A stretch of DNA of 64,000 bases from Rubripirellula sp. (GTDB taxonomy: Bacteria; Planctomycetota; Planctomycetia; Pirellulales; Pirellulaceae): contig OZ244207.1 of assembly GCA_965216875.1 (NCBI GenBank), forward strand, positions 5,760,001 through 5,824,000, given 5' to 3'. The stretch's first letter is position 1. Each line of letters begins with the position of its first letter. The notes beneath the pieces are model-generated. The model worked only from the letters and a program-made list of their open reading frames with translations. It made no database searches and was not told the origin of the DNA. Shown here piece by piece: positions 19,760 through 28,663 of the stretch. The position numbers and the translations under genes were made by a program.

Positions 19760-21649
19760 ATGAAACGACTCCCTGCATTGATTGTTCTCGTTGCCGCGCT
19801 CGCCCCGAGCGGCCTTTTCGCTGAAGAAAACCAACTCAGCCGCGCCGAAACGCTTGGCGGCTGGGAACTGCTGTTCGACGGGAAAACGTCGAACGGTTGG
19901 CGAAATTACAAAAAGGACTCCATCTCCGACGGATGGAAAGTGGTCGACGGCGCGATCGTCCGCAGTGCCCGAGGTGCAGGCGACATCATCACCGAAAAGA
20001 AGTACGGCGAATTTGAACTCTCACTCGAATACAGAATCAGCAAGGGTGGCAACAGTGGTGTGATGTTCCACGTGACCGAACAGAACGGTGCCCCCTGGCA
20101 TTCGGGACCTGAGATTCAAGTCCAAGACAATGTCGATGGGCACGATCCCCAAAAAGCGGGCTGGTTGTATCAGCTCTATCAGCCTGGAAAAGATGCCGGC
20201 GGCAATCTTGTCGACGCAACCCGACCCGCCGGCCAATGGAACCAACTCTATATTCGCATCTCCAAAGACCAATCCGAAGTCTGCATGAACGGCGTGCGGT
20301 ACTATCGGTTCAAACTCGGCAGCAAAGACTGGCAAGGTCGCGTTGCTAAAAGCAAGTTCGCAAAGTTCGAAGGCTTTGGATCGGCGGGCGAAGGACACAT
20401 CTGCCTGCAAGATCACGGAAACGAAGTCGCTTACCGCAACATCAAGGTCCGCGAACTTGGCCCAGGCGGATCAGTCCCTGCACCCATCGACGGCAAATTG
20501 GATTTGCCAAGCACCAATGCTTTCCCCAATCTCGTTTGGGACAACTGGCAGGCGATTGACGATTCAGGCGTTTCCCGTCCGCTGCGTTTGATGGAACTCA
20601 CGCACGTAAACGGCGACGACCGCCTGTTCGCTGCTTCGCAACAGGGCGCGATTTGGGCATTTAAGAACGATCCCAACGTAACGAAGTCTCACATGGTGCT
20701 TGATCTTCGTGGCAAGGTTTACGACTGGCGCAATCGCGGTGCAAACGAACAAGGCTTGCTCGGCCTCGCGCTACATCCCAAGTTCAAGTCGAACGGACAC
20801 TTCTATGTCTACTATTCGCACCCCAGCGAAGAAAAGTCTGTCGTTTCCCGTTTCACGATTTCTTCGGATGATCCCAACCGAGCCGATCCGGCATCGGAAC
20901 AAATCGTGATGGAAATTGACCAACCGTTCCAGAACCACAACGGCGGTGCGATTGAGTTTGGGCCCGACGGATACCTTTACATCGCCCTTGGCGACGGTGG
21001 ATTCCGAAACGACCCCAACGCGAATGGCCAAAACATCGAAACGCTGCTCGGATCGATTCTTCGGATCGACGTCGACAGCAAATCCGACGGCAAGAACTAT
21101 GGCATCCCAAGTGACAACCCATTCGTTGGTGTCGACGGAGCTCGTGGCGAAATCTACGCGATCGGAATCCGCAACGCATGGCGCATCGGCTTTGACAAAA
21201 AGACTGGTCTGCTCTGGTGCGCGGATGTTGGTCAAGAACTGTGGGAAGAGATCAACATCATCACCAAGGGTGGCAACTATGGCTGGAGCAACCGCGAAGG
21301 CACTCATGCGTTTGGCAACCGGCCCAACGTTGAAAGCGCTGGCAAGCCGATCGATCCCGTTTGGGAATACGATCACCGCGTCGGACGTTCGATCACCGGC
21401 GGACGCGTCTACAACAGCTCACGCGTGCCAAGCCTGACCGGCAAGTACCTCTACGCCGACTACGTGACCGGAACAGTCTGGGCATTGAGCTACGACGTCG
21501 AATCGGGCAAAGCGACGCACAATGAAATGGTTTTGCCCAAGAGCATCCCCGTGCTCGCGTTCGGCGAAGACCAAACGGGCGAAGTCTACTACCTGACCGA
21601 GAATGCCCGTGGTCACTGCATCAACCGATTCGACGCAGCCACGAAGTAG
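19760..21649 (+). CDS. DUF1080 + glucose/sorbosone (PQQ-dependent) dehydrogenase fusion
   Basis: N-terminal LFDGK...NSGVMF...HICLQDHG..VAYRNIKVR. C-terminal EQGLLGLALHP, NHNGGAIEFGPDGYLYIALGDGG, GIRNAWR, DVGQ..WEEIN. Confidence 0.9.
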   Translation: MKRLPALIVLVAALAPSGLFAEENQLSRAETLGGWELLFDGKTSNGWRNYKKDSISDGWKVVDGAIVRSARGAGDIITEKKYGEFELSLEYRISKGGNSGVMFHVTEQNGAPWHSGPEIQVQDNVDGHDPQKAGWLYQLYQPGKDAGGNLVDATRPAGQWNQLYIRISKDQSEVCMNGVRYYRFKLGSKDWQGRVAKSKFAKFEGFGSAGEGHICLQDHGNEVAYRNIKVRELGPGGSVPAPIDGKLDLPSTNAFPNLVWDNWQAIDDSGVSRPLRLMELTHVNGDDRLFAASQQGAIWAFKNDPNVTKSHMVLDLRGKVYDWRNRGANEQGLLGLALHPKFKSNGHFYVYYSHPSEEKSVVSRFTISSDDPNRADPASEQIVMEIDQPFQNHNGGAIEFGPDGYLYIALGDGGFRNDPNANGQNIETLLGSILRIDVDSKSDGKNYGIPSDNPFVGVDGARGEIYAIGIRNAWRIGFDKKTGLLWCADVGQELWEEINIITKGGNYGWSNREGTHAFGNRPNVESAGKPIDPVWEYDHRVGRSITGGRVYNSSRVPSLTGKYLYADYVTGTVWALSYDVESGKATHNEMVLPKSIPVLAFGEDQTGEVYYLTENARGHCINRFDAATK

Positions 21650-21661
21650 CCGAGTTCACGC

Positions 21662-21834
21662 GTAGGTCATGCAGCCCGTTCGTAGTACCGAGCTTTAGCC
21701 GGAATCTTTAGGCGTTTCCGCCTAAAGGCGGTACTACGAACTGCGAATCGATGAGCCGTGATCGCGTAAGCGGCCGGGCTTTCTACCCTCGCACGAACTG
21801 CAAAGGCCCGAGGCCAAGAGGCCAGCGGCACACG
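21662..21834. repeat. Composite REP cluster: partial family A + family C + family D
   Basis: GTAGGTCATGC at 21662; GTTCGTAGTACC...GGTACTACGAAC hairpin at 21678-21741; TGAGCCGTGATCGCGTAAGCGGCCGGG...GGCCCGAGGCC..GGCCAGCGGC at 21752-21834. Lies between convergent genes. Confidence 0.82.
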
Positions 21835-21873
21835 TGCGCGAATGCAGACCACTGGAACGTGGCCAGATCCGTT

Positions 21874-23103
21874 CTAGTTCGAAACCAAGAACAACTCGGA
21901 CTTGCTTCTGAGGATCATCTCGTTGCCGACGACGGCGGGGGATGCCATGAAACCGTCGCCGAGTTTGGTTTCGGCGAGCTCTTCGTACTTGTCGCCTGGC
22001 TTGATGGTGAGCACCGTCCCCTCCGTGCTGAACATGTAAATGCGACCGCCAGCATAGATCGGCGAGGCCGCAAACTCACCACCGGCGCGTCGTTGCCAGA
22101 CCACGTCGCCCGTCTTGGGATCGCGTGCCGACACAACGCCATCGTCGCTGTTCATGTACAGCAATCCGTCGACAAGCAATTGCGATGATTTCTTCGCGAC
22201 GCCTTTACGTCCCGACCACTCAATGTGAGTGCCGGTGACGTCGCCTTTTCCGTCAGGTCGAACTGCGACCATCGATCCCATGCCGTTGGTGATGAAGACC
22301 AAACCGTCGCTATACAACGGACGGGCCGATGCATTCATGCCATCGTGGTAGGCGATCCAAAGTTTCTTGCCATCGGCGGGATCATAAGCAATCGTGGCAA
22401 CCGCACTTGGGTAAACGAGTTGCTTCTTGCCGTTGACGTCAATCACATGAGCCGTGCAATAGGCTTTCATTCGATCGCCGTTGTCAGTCCCATAATCGAT
22501 GTCGCGTTGTTTCAGCCAAACGGTGTCACCCGTTTCCTTGTCCAATGCAACCACGTACTGCACATCAAACCCATCGTAGGCAACAAATAGCTTGCCGTCG
22601 AAAAGGATCGGTGACGACGCTGGACCACGATGATGGTCGCATTCCAAGTCCTCACGTGACCAGATCACGTCGGCCGTCTTTGCATCCAAGCACGCCGTCA
22701 GGTAGCTGCCAAAATGAACGTAGACGCGTCCATGCTCAACCACGGGCGTTGGTGTCGCATAGCTGTTCATCGCGTGGCAAAACGCTGGCTCTTCGTTTTC
22801 CAGCAGCACTTTGTCCAAGACGATATCACCACTCTTTCGGTCGACGCAGATGACCGACATCTTCGTGCCATCTTCGGTTGCCGTCGTCAACCAAATCTGG
22901 TCATCCCAAACGACGGGTGACGACCAACCCTTGCCATGAATGGGTGTCTTCCATTTCACAACGCGTTCATTGATGCTGACCGGCAAGTCGGCGTCGACCG
23001 CATGACCATCGCCCGAAGGCCCACGGTACTCTGGCCAGTTGGCATTTGCTGAGGCAGCAACGAACAAGACGATTCCAAGAGTGGCGATCAGATTTCGCGT
23101 CAC
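21874..23103 (-). CDS. PQQ-binding-like beta-propeller protein
   Basis: NWPEYRGP; WKTPIHGKGWSSPVV; MASPAVVGNEMILRS. Confidence 0.88.
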   Translation of the reverse strand: MTRNLIATLGIVLFVAASANANWPEYRGPSGDGHAVDADLPVSINERVVKWKTPIHGKGWSSPVVWDDQIWLTTATEDGTKMSVICVDRKSGDIVLDKVLLENEEPAFCHAMNSYATPTPVVEHGRVYVHFGSYLTACLDAKTADVIWSREDLECDHHRGPASSPILFDGKLFVAYDGFDVQYVVALDKETGDTVWLKQRDIDYGTDNGDRMKAYCTAHVIDVNGKKQLVYPSAVATIAYDPADGKKLWIAYHDGMNASARPLYSDGLVFITNGMGSMVAVRPDGKGDVTGTHIEWSGRKGVAKKSSQLLVDGLLYMNSDDGVVSARDPKTGDVVWQRRAGGEFAASPIYAGGRIYMFSTEGTVLTIKPGDKYEELAETKLGDGFMASPAVVGNEMILRSKSELFLVSN

Positions 23104-23212
23104 GTTTTTACTCGGCGATGTTTTAAGGCGGGAAGCTGTCAGGCGGCGTAACGTCAGGCATGATAGGCCGACGCTCGACCGATCTCAACACACAATCCGA
23201 GCGGGTGTCCGT

Positions 23213-24670
23213 TCAACCACCGCCACCGGCGTCTTCATCGGAGAGCGACTTCAGATCGGCTCGTGAATCCTCATAGGTTTCACAAAACGCCATCGCTTGC
23301 GGGTCGGGATCCACACCCCAGTGCGAACACGCTTTTTCGTAGATCTCTGGCCACCAGTTACGGTGCTCGGTAAGGCCTTGGTCTTTGTAGTCGCGCCAAT
23401 GACTCAACACTTTCGACCAACATCGATCACCATAATCCATTGCTTCGTTTAGCGAATCGAACTTGGGTACGTACCAACGTCGTCCGATTTGGGCATGTAA
23501 CACTTCGTCGGCCCAATCGAAATCCTGAAACAGTTTCGAGAGCGAGTCGCCACTTTCGGTCGCCACTTCCCATTCGTAGCGTTTTCCTGTTCGAGGCATC
23601 AATCCTTGTTCGATGAAGAACAAGACGCCATGACGTTCGCGCGCGTCAAGCTGCAGATTGAGATTACGAGACCATGTGAAGTTAATGGGGATTTCTCTCC
23701 AGTCGATTCCTTGAGAAACGAAACCGACTTCACCCATCATCGCATGCCTGGCTTCATCCCAAAGCTGACGTGACATTTCCATGTGAAACGCCCAGGGTTC
23801 GTCCTCTCGCAATTCGACGAGAATGCTGGCCATCATCTCGGGCACGTCAAGTTCGCGGAGACGTTTGTAGTACATCATCAACGTCTTATCGCGCGGCGAA
23901 AAACGCTCGTCGTACAGAAAGGACTCCGGATTCACACCCGCGTTGAATGGATCATGAAAGCGATCGTCGCGTTTCGGCTCGGATTCGTATTGATAGGACG
24001 TGATGCCTTCGATCGAATCCGGTAACGCGTTCTCTGGCAACTCTGTCTCTGGGTCCGTACCGCCCAGGCCACCTGCCGCTGAAAGGCACTGCTGCAAATG
24101 GTCCGTCCATGGCTCGGCAACCGCGCCGTCGTCAACAAGTTGTTCAATGGCCACGTCGCCAAACTCAATCAATTCCCCGAGTTCAAAGGCGATCAGTTTG
24201 GCGACGCGCGCGGTCGGCGCATCGGCCAGCGGGTGTGCCTCTTCTTGCAAATCGACGCACGCCTGAATCACTTCGGGGAGCACGATGCGATAGAGTCCCA
24301 TCAAATAATGCTCGGTCGTCGGCGCTGACGAAACAGCATCCATCAGCAGCTGCAGCCCCGCGTGAGGAATCTTGTCGAGCCCAAGTGGCGGCTCGCGCAT
24401 TTCGCCTACACGACGACGAATCAAATCAACCTGTTCGGCGCACAAATACGCGTGATAACTAAACGCGGTCTTGAGCTCGTAAATTGGCTCACCGGTGATC
24501 CGTTCGGTAAGTGATTCGTGCAGTCGCCGCAGCACGTAGTGCAAACGTTTGAGTCGGCCGACGCTCTCGTCAAGGCTCCACTCGCTTTGAATGGCGCGCG
24601 ACATTTCACAGAGGCCCGCCAACTGCGGCAGGCCTCGATAGGATTCTTCACCCGTAAAGGTTGCGTTCAT
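23213..24670 (-). CDS. Ferritin-like (DUF455-like) di-iron protein with a degenerate N-terminal helical domain
   Basis: C-terminal half has E(LDVPE)...WDEARH...IEQGLM...WADEVLHAQIGRRW. Start set at ATG 24670 (track 24778). Confidence 0.65.
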   Translation of the reverse strand: MNATFTGEESYRGLPQLAGLCEMSRAIQSEWSLDESVGRLKRLHYVLRRLHESLTERITGEPIYELKTAFSYHAYLCAEQVDLIRRRVGEMREPPLGLDKIPHAGLQLLMDAVSSAPTTEHYLMGLYRIVLPEVIQACVDLQEEAHPLADAPTARVAKLIAFELGELIEFGDVAIEQLVDDGAVAEPWTDHLQQCLSAAGGLGGTDPETELPENALPDSIEGITSYQYESEPKRDDRFHDPFNAGVNPESFLYDERFSPRDKTLMMYYKRLRELDVPEMMASILVELREDEPWAFHMEMSRQLWDEARHAMMGEVGFVSQGIDWREIPINFTWSRNLNLQLDARERHGVLFFIEQGLMPRTGKRYEWEVATESGDSLSKLFQDFDWADEVLHAQIGRRWYVPKFDSLNEAMDYGDRCWSKVLSHWRDYKDQGLTEHRNWWPEIYEKACSHWGVDPDPQAMAFCETYEDSRADLKSLSDEDAGGGG

Positions 24671-24783
24671 GATCTGGCTGGTGTTGGTGGTTCGATGCAA
24701 CACCGCCATTTTAACGTAGCGTGCGTGTCTCCACGCACGGTGAGAAAAGAGGTGTGTCCAAACACACACCCAAAGCACACAAG

Positions 24784-26328
24784 CTATCGGCCGCCGGTCG
24801 ACGCCCCCTCCCAGCCTTGCAGCGGTCCGACACGATCACCGATCGCAATCTTGCTGTCGGCTGTCAGATCGATAATGCGAGCGATCGCATTGTTGGCTTC
24901 GACTCCGATCACTTCGACGCGGCCGACCAAACGATTGTCACGAATCACCGCCATCTGATCCCCTTTTTTGATCCCGTCATCGCTTCCAACGCTAAACGTG
25001 ATTCTCTGCTGAGATCCGTCGAGAACGGTGATTGTCCCGTGAACCTTGCCCGCTGCGGATGGCGGCTGTGCCGAATCACGGATCTCTTTCATCATGTCGG
25101 CGACACGATTCACGTCTTCATCCTTGCCTCGCAGGACGAACACTCCAAGGTCTTCGATCGCTTCGATTTGCACACTGTCGCTTAGGCCCTTTTCAACTGC
25201 TTCGACCGCCCGCTTGGTGATTTCATCGCGACTGATTGGCTCGACTTGCGCTGCGGTCTCGTTTGAATCAACGAGCCAGCTGAGGTCTTCACCCTTGAGC
25301 AAATCATCGACACGACGATGAATGATCCGATCGGCGATGCGATCGCGTTCTCGCAGGCGGCGCTCGACCGATTCGATCTGCTTCTTCACCCGATCGATTT
25401 CGTATTTCTTCAGTTTCTTGCGCAGACTGTACGCTGTCTCGACATGTTGCTTGACCTTGCTCTCGTAGTCGGCGAGCGTCTCCTTGCTAGGTTTCTCCTT
25501 TGACTGCTCCTGACGCCAGCGTCTTGCGACCGTGGCCGCCATCCTTTCATTCTTTTCGTAGGCCTGACGCGTCAATGATTCCGAACCGGGAAGGTCATTC
25601 TCGAGTGCCTGCTGAGATCTCAAAAACTCGATACTCCGCTGGACCGTGCGCACGCTGGGGTGCTGATCGCCGAATCGGAGCCGTAGCTCATTTCGCGTTT
25701 GTTCAAATTCGCGCAGCTGTGCTTCGGTTTCTTCACGCTTTTCATTGCCAGGTTCTCGAGCGTCGTCAAGTCGCATCAAGAGCGATTCGACTTCTTCAAG
25801 ATCATCTTTCGTCCCGCGGACAAGGATCGAATTCGTGCGTTGGTCCGCGGCGAGCGAAAGTCGCTCACGTTTGAATCCAAGATCCCCAAGCACACCGAGC
25901 ACACCCAACGCGTCGGAATAGCGAAGGTTGAAAACCCTTACCATCTGATGTGCCTTCAACGCGGATTCGTTCGCCTGGCGTTTTTCCATGGCTTCGCGTT
26001 CGTCGCGTCGGTCCCTCTCAATCGCACGTTGCCGTTCGTGATGCATCGCCGCAGTCTTTTCGAGGTCTTCAACGAACTCTTGGACCTCAGGAATCAGACT
26101 TTCCGGGACTCGGCCGTAAACCGTGTTGGTGTTTTCGCTTGCCGAAAATTTCACGACGTTCAAAAACTGTTCGTTCAAGATCAACGAAACCTCATTCGCA
26201 TCCGCCTGACTCAGGTTGAACGAGAGGATCTTGAACTTTGAAAAAGGTTCCGTTTGTGCCCGAGCAGATTGACAGGGAACGACGGCTGCCATCGCCAGCA
26301 ACAAAATTCCAAGAATCAAGGATCGCAT
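24784..26328 (-). CDS. Secreted protein with secretin N-terminal (N-domain) repeats and coiled coil; no secretin barrel
   Basis: Signal peptide; VRVFNLRYSDA...LAADQRTNSILVRGT..DLEEVESLLMRLD plus two related segments; coiled coil with FGDQHPSV; C-terminal SVGSDDGIKKGD beta domain. Confidence 0.7.
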   Translation of the reverse strand: MRSLILGILLLAMAAVVPCQSARAQTEPFSKFKILSFNLSQADANEVSLILNEQFLNVVKFSASENTNTVYGRVPESLIPEVQEFVEDLEKTAAMHHERQRAIERDRRDEREAMEKRQANESALKAHQMVRVFNLRYSDALGVLGVLGDLGFKRERLSLAADQRTNSILVRGTKDDLEEVESLLMRLDDAREPGNEKREETEAQLREFEQTRNELRLRFGDQHPSVRTVQRSIEFLRSQQALENDLPGSESLTRQAYEKNERMAATVARRWRQEQSKEKPSKETLADYESKVKQHVETAYSLRKKLKKYEIDRVKKQIESVERRLRERDRIADRIIHRRVDDLLKGEDLSWLVDSNETAAQVEPISRDEITKRAVEAVEKGLSDSVQIEAIEDLGVFVLRGKDEDVNRVADMMKEIRDSAQPPSAAGKVHGTITVLDGSQQRITFSVGSDDGIKKGDQMAVIRDNRLVGRVEVIGVEANNAIARIIDLTADSKIAIGDRVGPLQGWEGASTGGR

Positions 26329-26375
26329 GAAGGTCTCTCGCGTAGACGAAGTACGGTTTAGATGTCTAGTGTGGT

Positions 26376-27917
26376 CTAGTCGTCAAGCAATGGAGTGGCT
26401 TGCTCTGAGTTCGGTCCCCAATCAAACGATCGGCGCGTGTCTTTTTCGAGCGAATCGATCAGGACCTGAATCGACTCGATCGATGGCTCGGGCTTGGCCT
26501 CCCACCCGACGTTCATTTCGTCCGGTGGATCGATCACTGCGCCCGCCGCCGAATCGGATGAGTTTTCTTGTTGCGAACCTTGGCCAAACAAGTTGTCCGT
26601 TGCAGCTTTGACCTCTTGATCTTGTTCACTTTTCGTTCCAGCAAGGTTGCCAAACGAAAACCAAACCAGCCAAATGGTGACTGCTACGCCGAGACAAGCG
26701 AGCAACTTAAGTGTCAACGGCTTGCCAGAAGTGGGTCGCAACAACTCACTTGGCAGACTTGCGTTTGGCGTTTGGACATGAGCCAAACACTGCTGCAGTA
26801 CGCCGGCCACCGCATCGGCAGATTGATAGCGATCCTCGGCCGATTTGGCGTGCAACTTGTCAATCAGGTTGCACAACCAAACAGGAATCTCGGAATTGAT
26901 TTCTCGAATCGGTCGCGCAGGTTGGTCCGTAATGCGACGCAAAATGCCGTAGGGCGTCTCGGCTCGAAACGGAGCCCGTCCCGTGCACATTGCGTACATC
27001 ACGCTACCGAGGCTGAAGAGGTCGCTTCGACCATCGATTGCGTCTCCGCGAGCTTGTTCAGGTGACATGTATTGAGGCGTGCCCGCCAAGACGCCGCTAT
27101 GCGTCAACGTTGCATCATCGACGGCACGCGCAAGTCCAAAGTCGGTGATCGAAACACGCTCGACACTTTCTTCCAACAGGATATTGGCTGGCTTGATGTC
27201 GCGATGCACAAGACCTTGAGCGTGTGCGGCGGCGAGCCCTTCGACGATTTGCGACGCGACACGAAGAATCTCCGCAACCTCCATCGGGCCATCACGATCG
27301 ATTCGTGTTTGCAACGAAGTTCCGCGCACGTAGGGCATGACGAGAAACGGCAAGCTGCCACTTCCATCACCATCGGAAACGCCGTGGATCGCGACAACAT
27401 TGGGATGCAAAACGGCAGCGGCCGCCTTGGCCTCACGCGCAAACCGCCGGCGTGCCGGACCGCTGCTGGCCAAATGCGGAGCCATCACCTTGATCGCGAT
27501 CGTTCGATCGAGTGAGCGGTCAAGCGCCTTGAGCACAACGCCCATGCCGCCGGCACCAATCACACCTGACACTTCGTAACCACCGAGACGGCCCAACATA
27601 TTGGGATCGTCAGTGGGAGCGAGTGAACCGAGCACGCCCTGCATCGCGATCGGAAACTCGGACGCATCAAGAACGGCGTCCCGCTTCTTTGCAGTTGGCG
27701 AAATGTCGAACGATGACTCCGCGTCAAACCGCTCAACCTTCAAGAGTTGGCTTGTCTCTTCGACCGTGCCCATCGACTGAGTATCAATTTCGGCTCTGCA
27801 GCGAGGACACCCGTCGAGGTGTTCGGACAATCGTGACTGCTGGACATCGCTAATTTCGCCCGAGATCAACGCATCGATCAGGGTTGCATCGCAATGAGGT
27901 TGGCTTGAGTTTGTCAT
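26376..27917 (-). CDS. Membrane Ser/Thr protein kinase with N-terminal zinc-finger (anti-sigma-like) domain
   Basis: HLDGCPRC (HxxxCxxC); GAGGMGVV; AIK; HRDIKPAN; DFG; GTPQYMSPE; one TM helix and a short acidic tail. Confidence 0.93.
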   Translation of the reverse strand: MTNSSQPHCDATLIDALISGEISDVQQSRLSEHLDGCPRCRAEIDTQSMGTVEETSQLLKVERFDAESSFDISPTAKKRDAVLDASEFPIAMQGVLGSLAPTDDPNMLGRLGGYEVSGVIGAGGMGVVLKALDRSLDRTIAIKVMAPHLASSGPARRRFAREAKAAAAVLHPNVVAIHGVSDGDGSGSLPFLVMPYVRGTSLQTRIDRDGPMEVAEILRVASQIVEGLAAAHAQGLVHRDIKPANILLEESVERVSITDFGLARAVDDATLTHSGVLAGTPQYMSPEQARGDAIDGRSDLFSLGSVMYAMCTGRAPFRAETPYGILRRITDQPARPIREINSEIPVWLCNLIDKLHAKSAEDRYQSADAVAGVLQQCLAHVQTPNASLPSELLRPTSGKPLTLKLLACLGVAVTIWLVWFSFGNLAGTKSEQDQEVKAATDNLFGQGSQQENSSDSAAGAVIDPPDEMNVGWEAKPEPSIESIQVLIDSLEKDTRRSFDWGPNSEQATPLLDD

Positions 27918-28516
27918 GACAGGCCCTCCTCGATTTCGTTGACAACTGCGCGCAACCGTGCCAGAACACGAGACCGCGTCACATAGACCGAACCGATCGA
28001 TTTGCCAGTTCGTTCAGCGACGTCTTCGGCGGCACAGCCATCAATGACGGTCAACGCGAACGTCTGCCAAGCCTGTTCACTCACCTCATCGCGAACACGC
28101 CCGGCAGCTCGACGAAAAACCTCGCGACGATGCTCCCACTCAATCTCGCGTTCAATCGCCGCTTCCCCGTCAGGACATTGGCGCAAGAGGTCCATCACGG
28201 AAGTCCCACCCCCCGCAACATCCTTGGGTCGCCTGGTCAACGCATTGATGGTCGCGTTCTTGGTCACGCGTCGAAGCCAGTGACGAAAGCGAACCTCCGG
28301 ATTGGATCGCTGCCAATTGGGGATCGCCGAAGCAACCGCCATCAAAACGTGTTGCGCCAGATCCTGTGCATCGGCATCCTGCAGCCCCCGACCACGTGCT
28401 AGCCGATAGATCACCGGCCGATACAAAAGCGAAAACTCTTGCCACGCAGCAGCGTCATGCGGGTCCCTCAACCGCACAAGCAAACTGTCTCGAGTTTCCG
28501 GAATCTCAGCCACCAA
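27914..28516 (-). CDS. ECF RNA polymerase sigma-70 factor (kinase-associated type)
   Basis: TRDSLLVRL..AAWQEF..LYRP; DADAQDLAQ; RFRHWL; sigma4 HTH AEDVAERTGKSIGSVYVTRSRV; ATGA overlap with the kinase gene. Confidence 0.92.
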   Translation of the reverse strand: MVAEIPETRDSLLVRLRDPHDAAAWQEFSLLYRPVIYRLARGRGLQDADAQDLAQHVLMAVASAIPNWQRSNPEVRFRHWLRRVTKNATINALTRRPKDVAGGGTSVMDLLRQCPDGEAAIEREIEWEHRREVFRRAAGRVRDEVSEQAWQTFALTVIDGCAAEDVAERTGKSIGSVYVTRSRVLARLRAVVNEIEEGLS

Positions 28517-28663
28517 TTGTCCCTCCGCCGATAGAACACACCCGCCGCTCCATTCTTACAGGAAATTTTCGAAAAAGGTCGATTCCCAATCGGCTAACAT
28601 GGCAATTCCTCCCACAAACCGTTTGTGCCTGCCCTGCCCCCTCCCGCCACCGAGAGTCGCATC

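Noticed and set aside
24784..26328. Type II secretion or pilus secretin (GspD/PilQ)
   Set aside because: Only N-domains are present; there is no C-terminal secretin barrel and no secretion-system neighbours.
28525..28580. ECF autoregulatory promoter (TTTTCGAAAATTTCCTGTAAG...GTGTTCTA on minus strand) resembling TTTTCAGAATTTC upstream of the VIT gene at about 56212
   Set aside because: The similarity is short and AT-tract based; it cannot be supported without a motif search.
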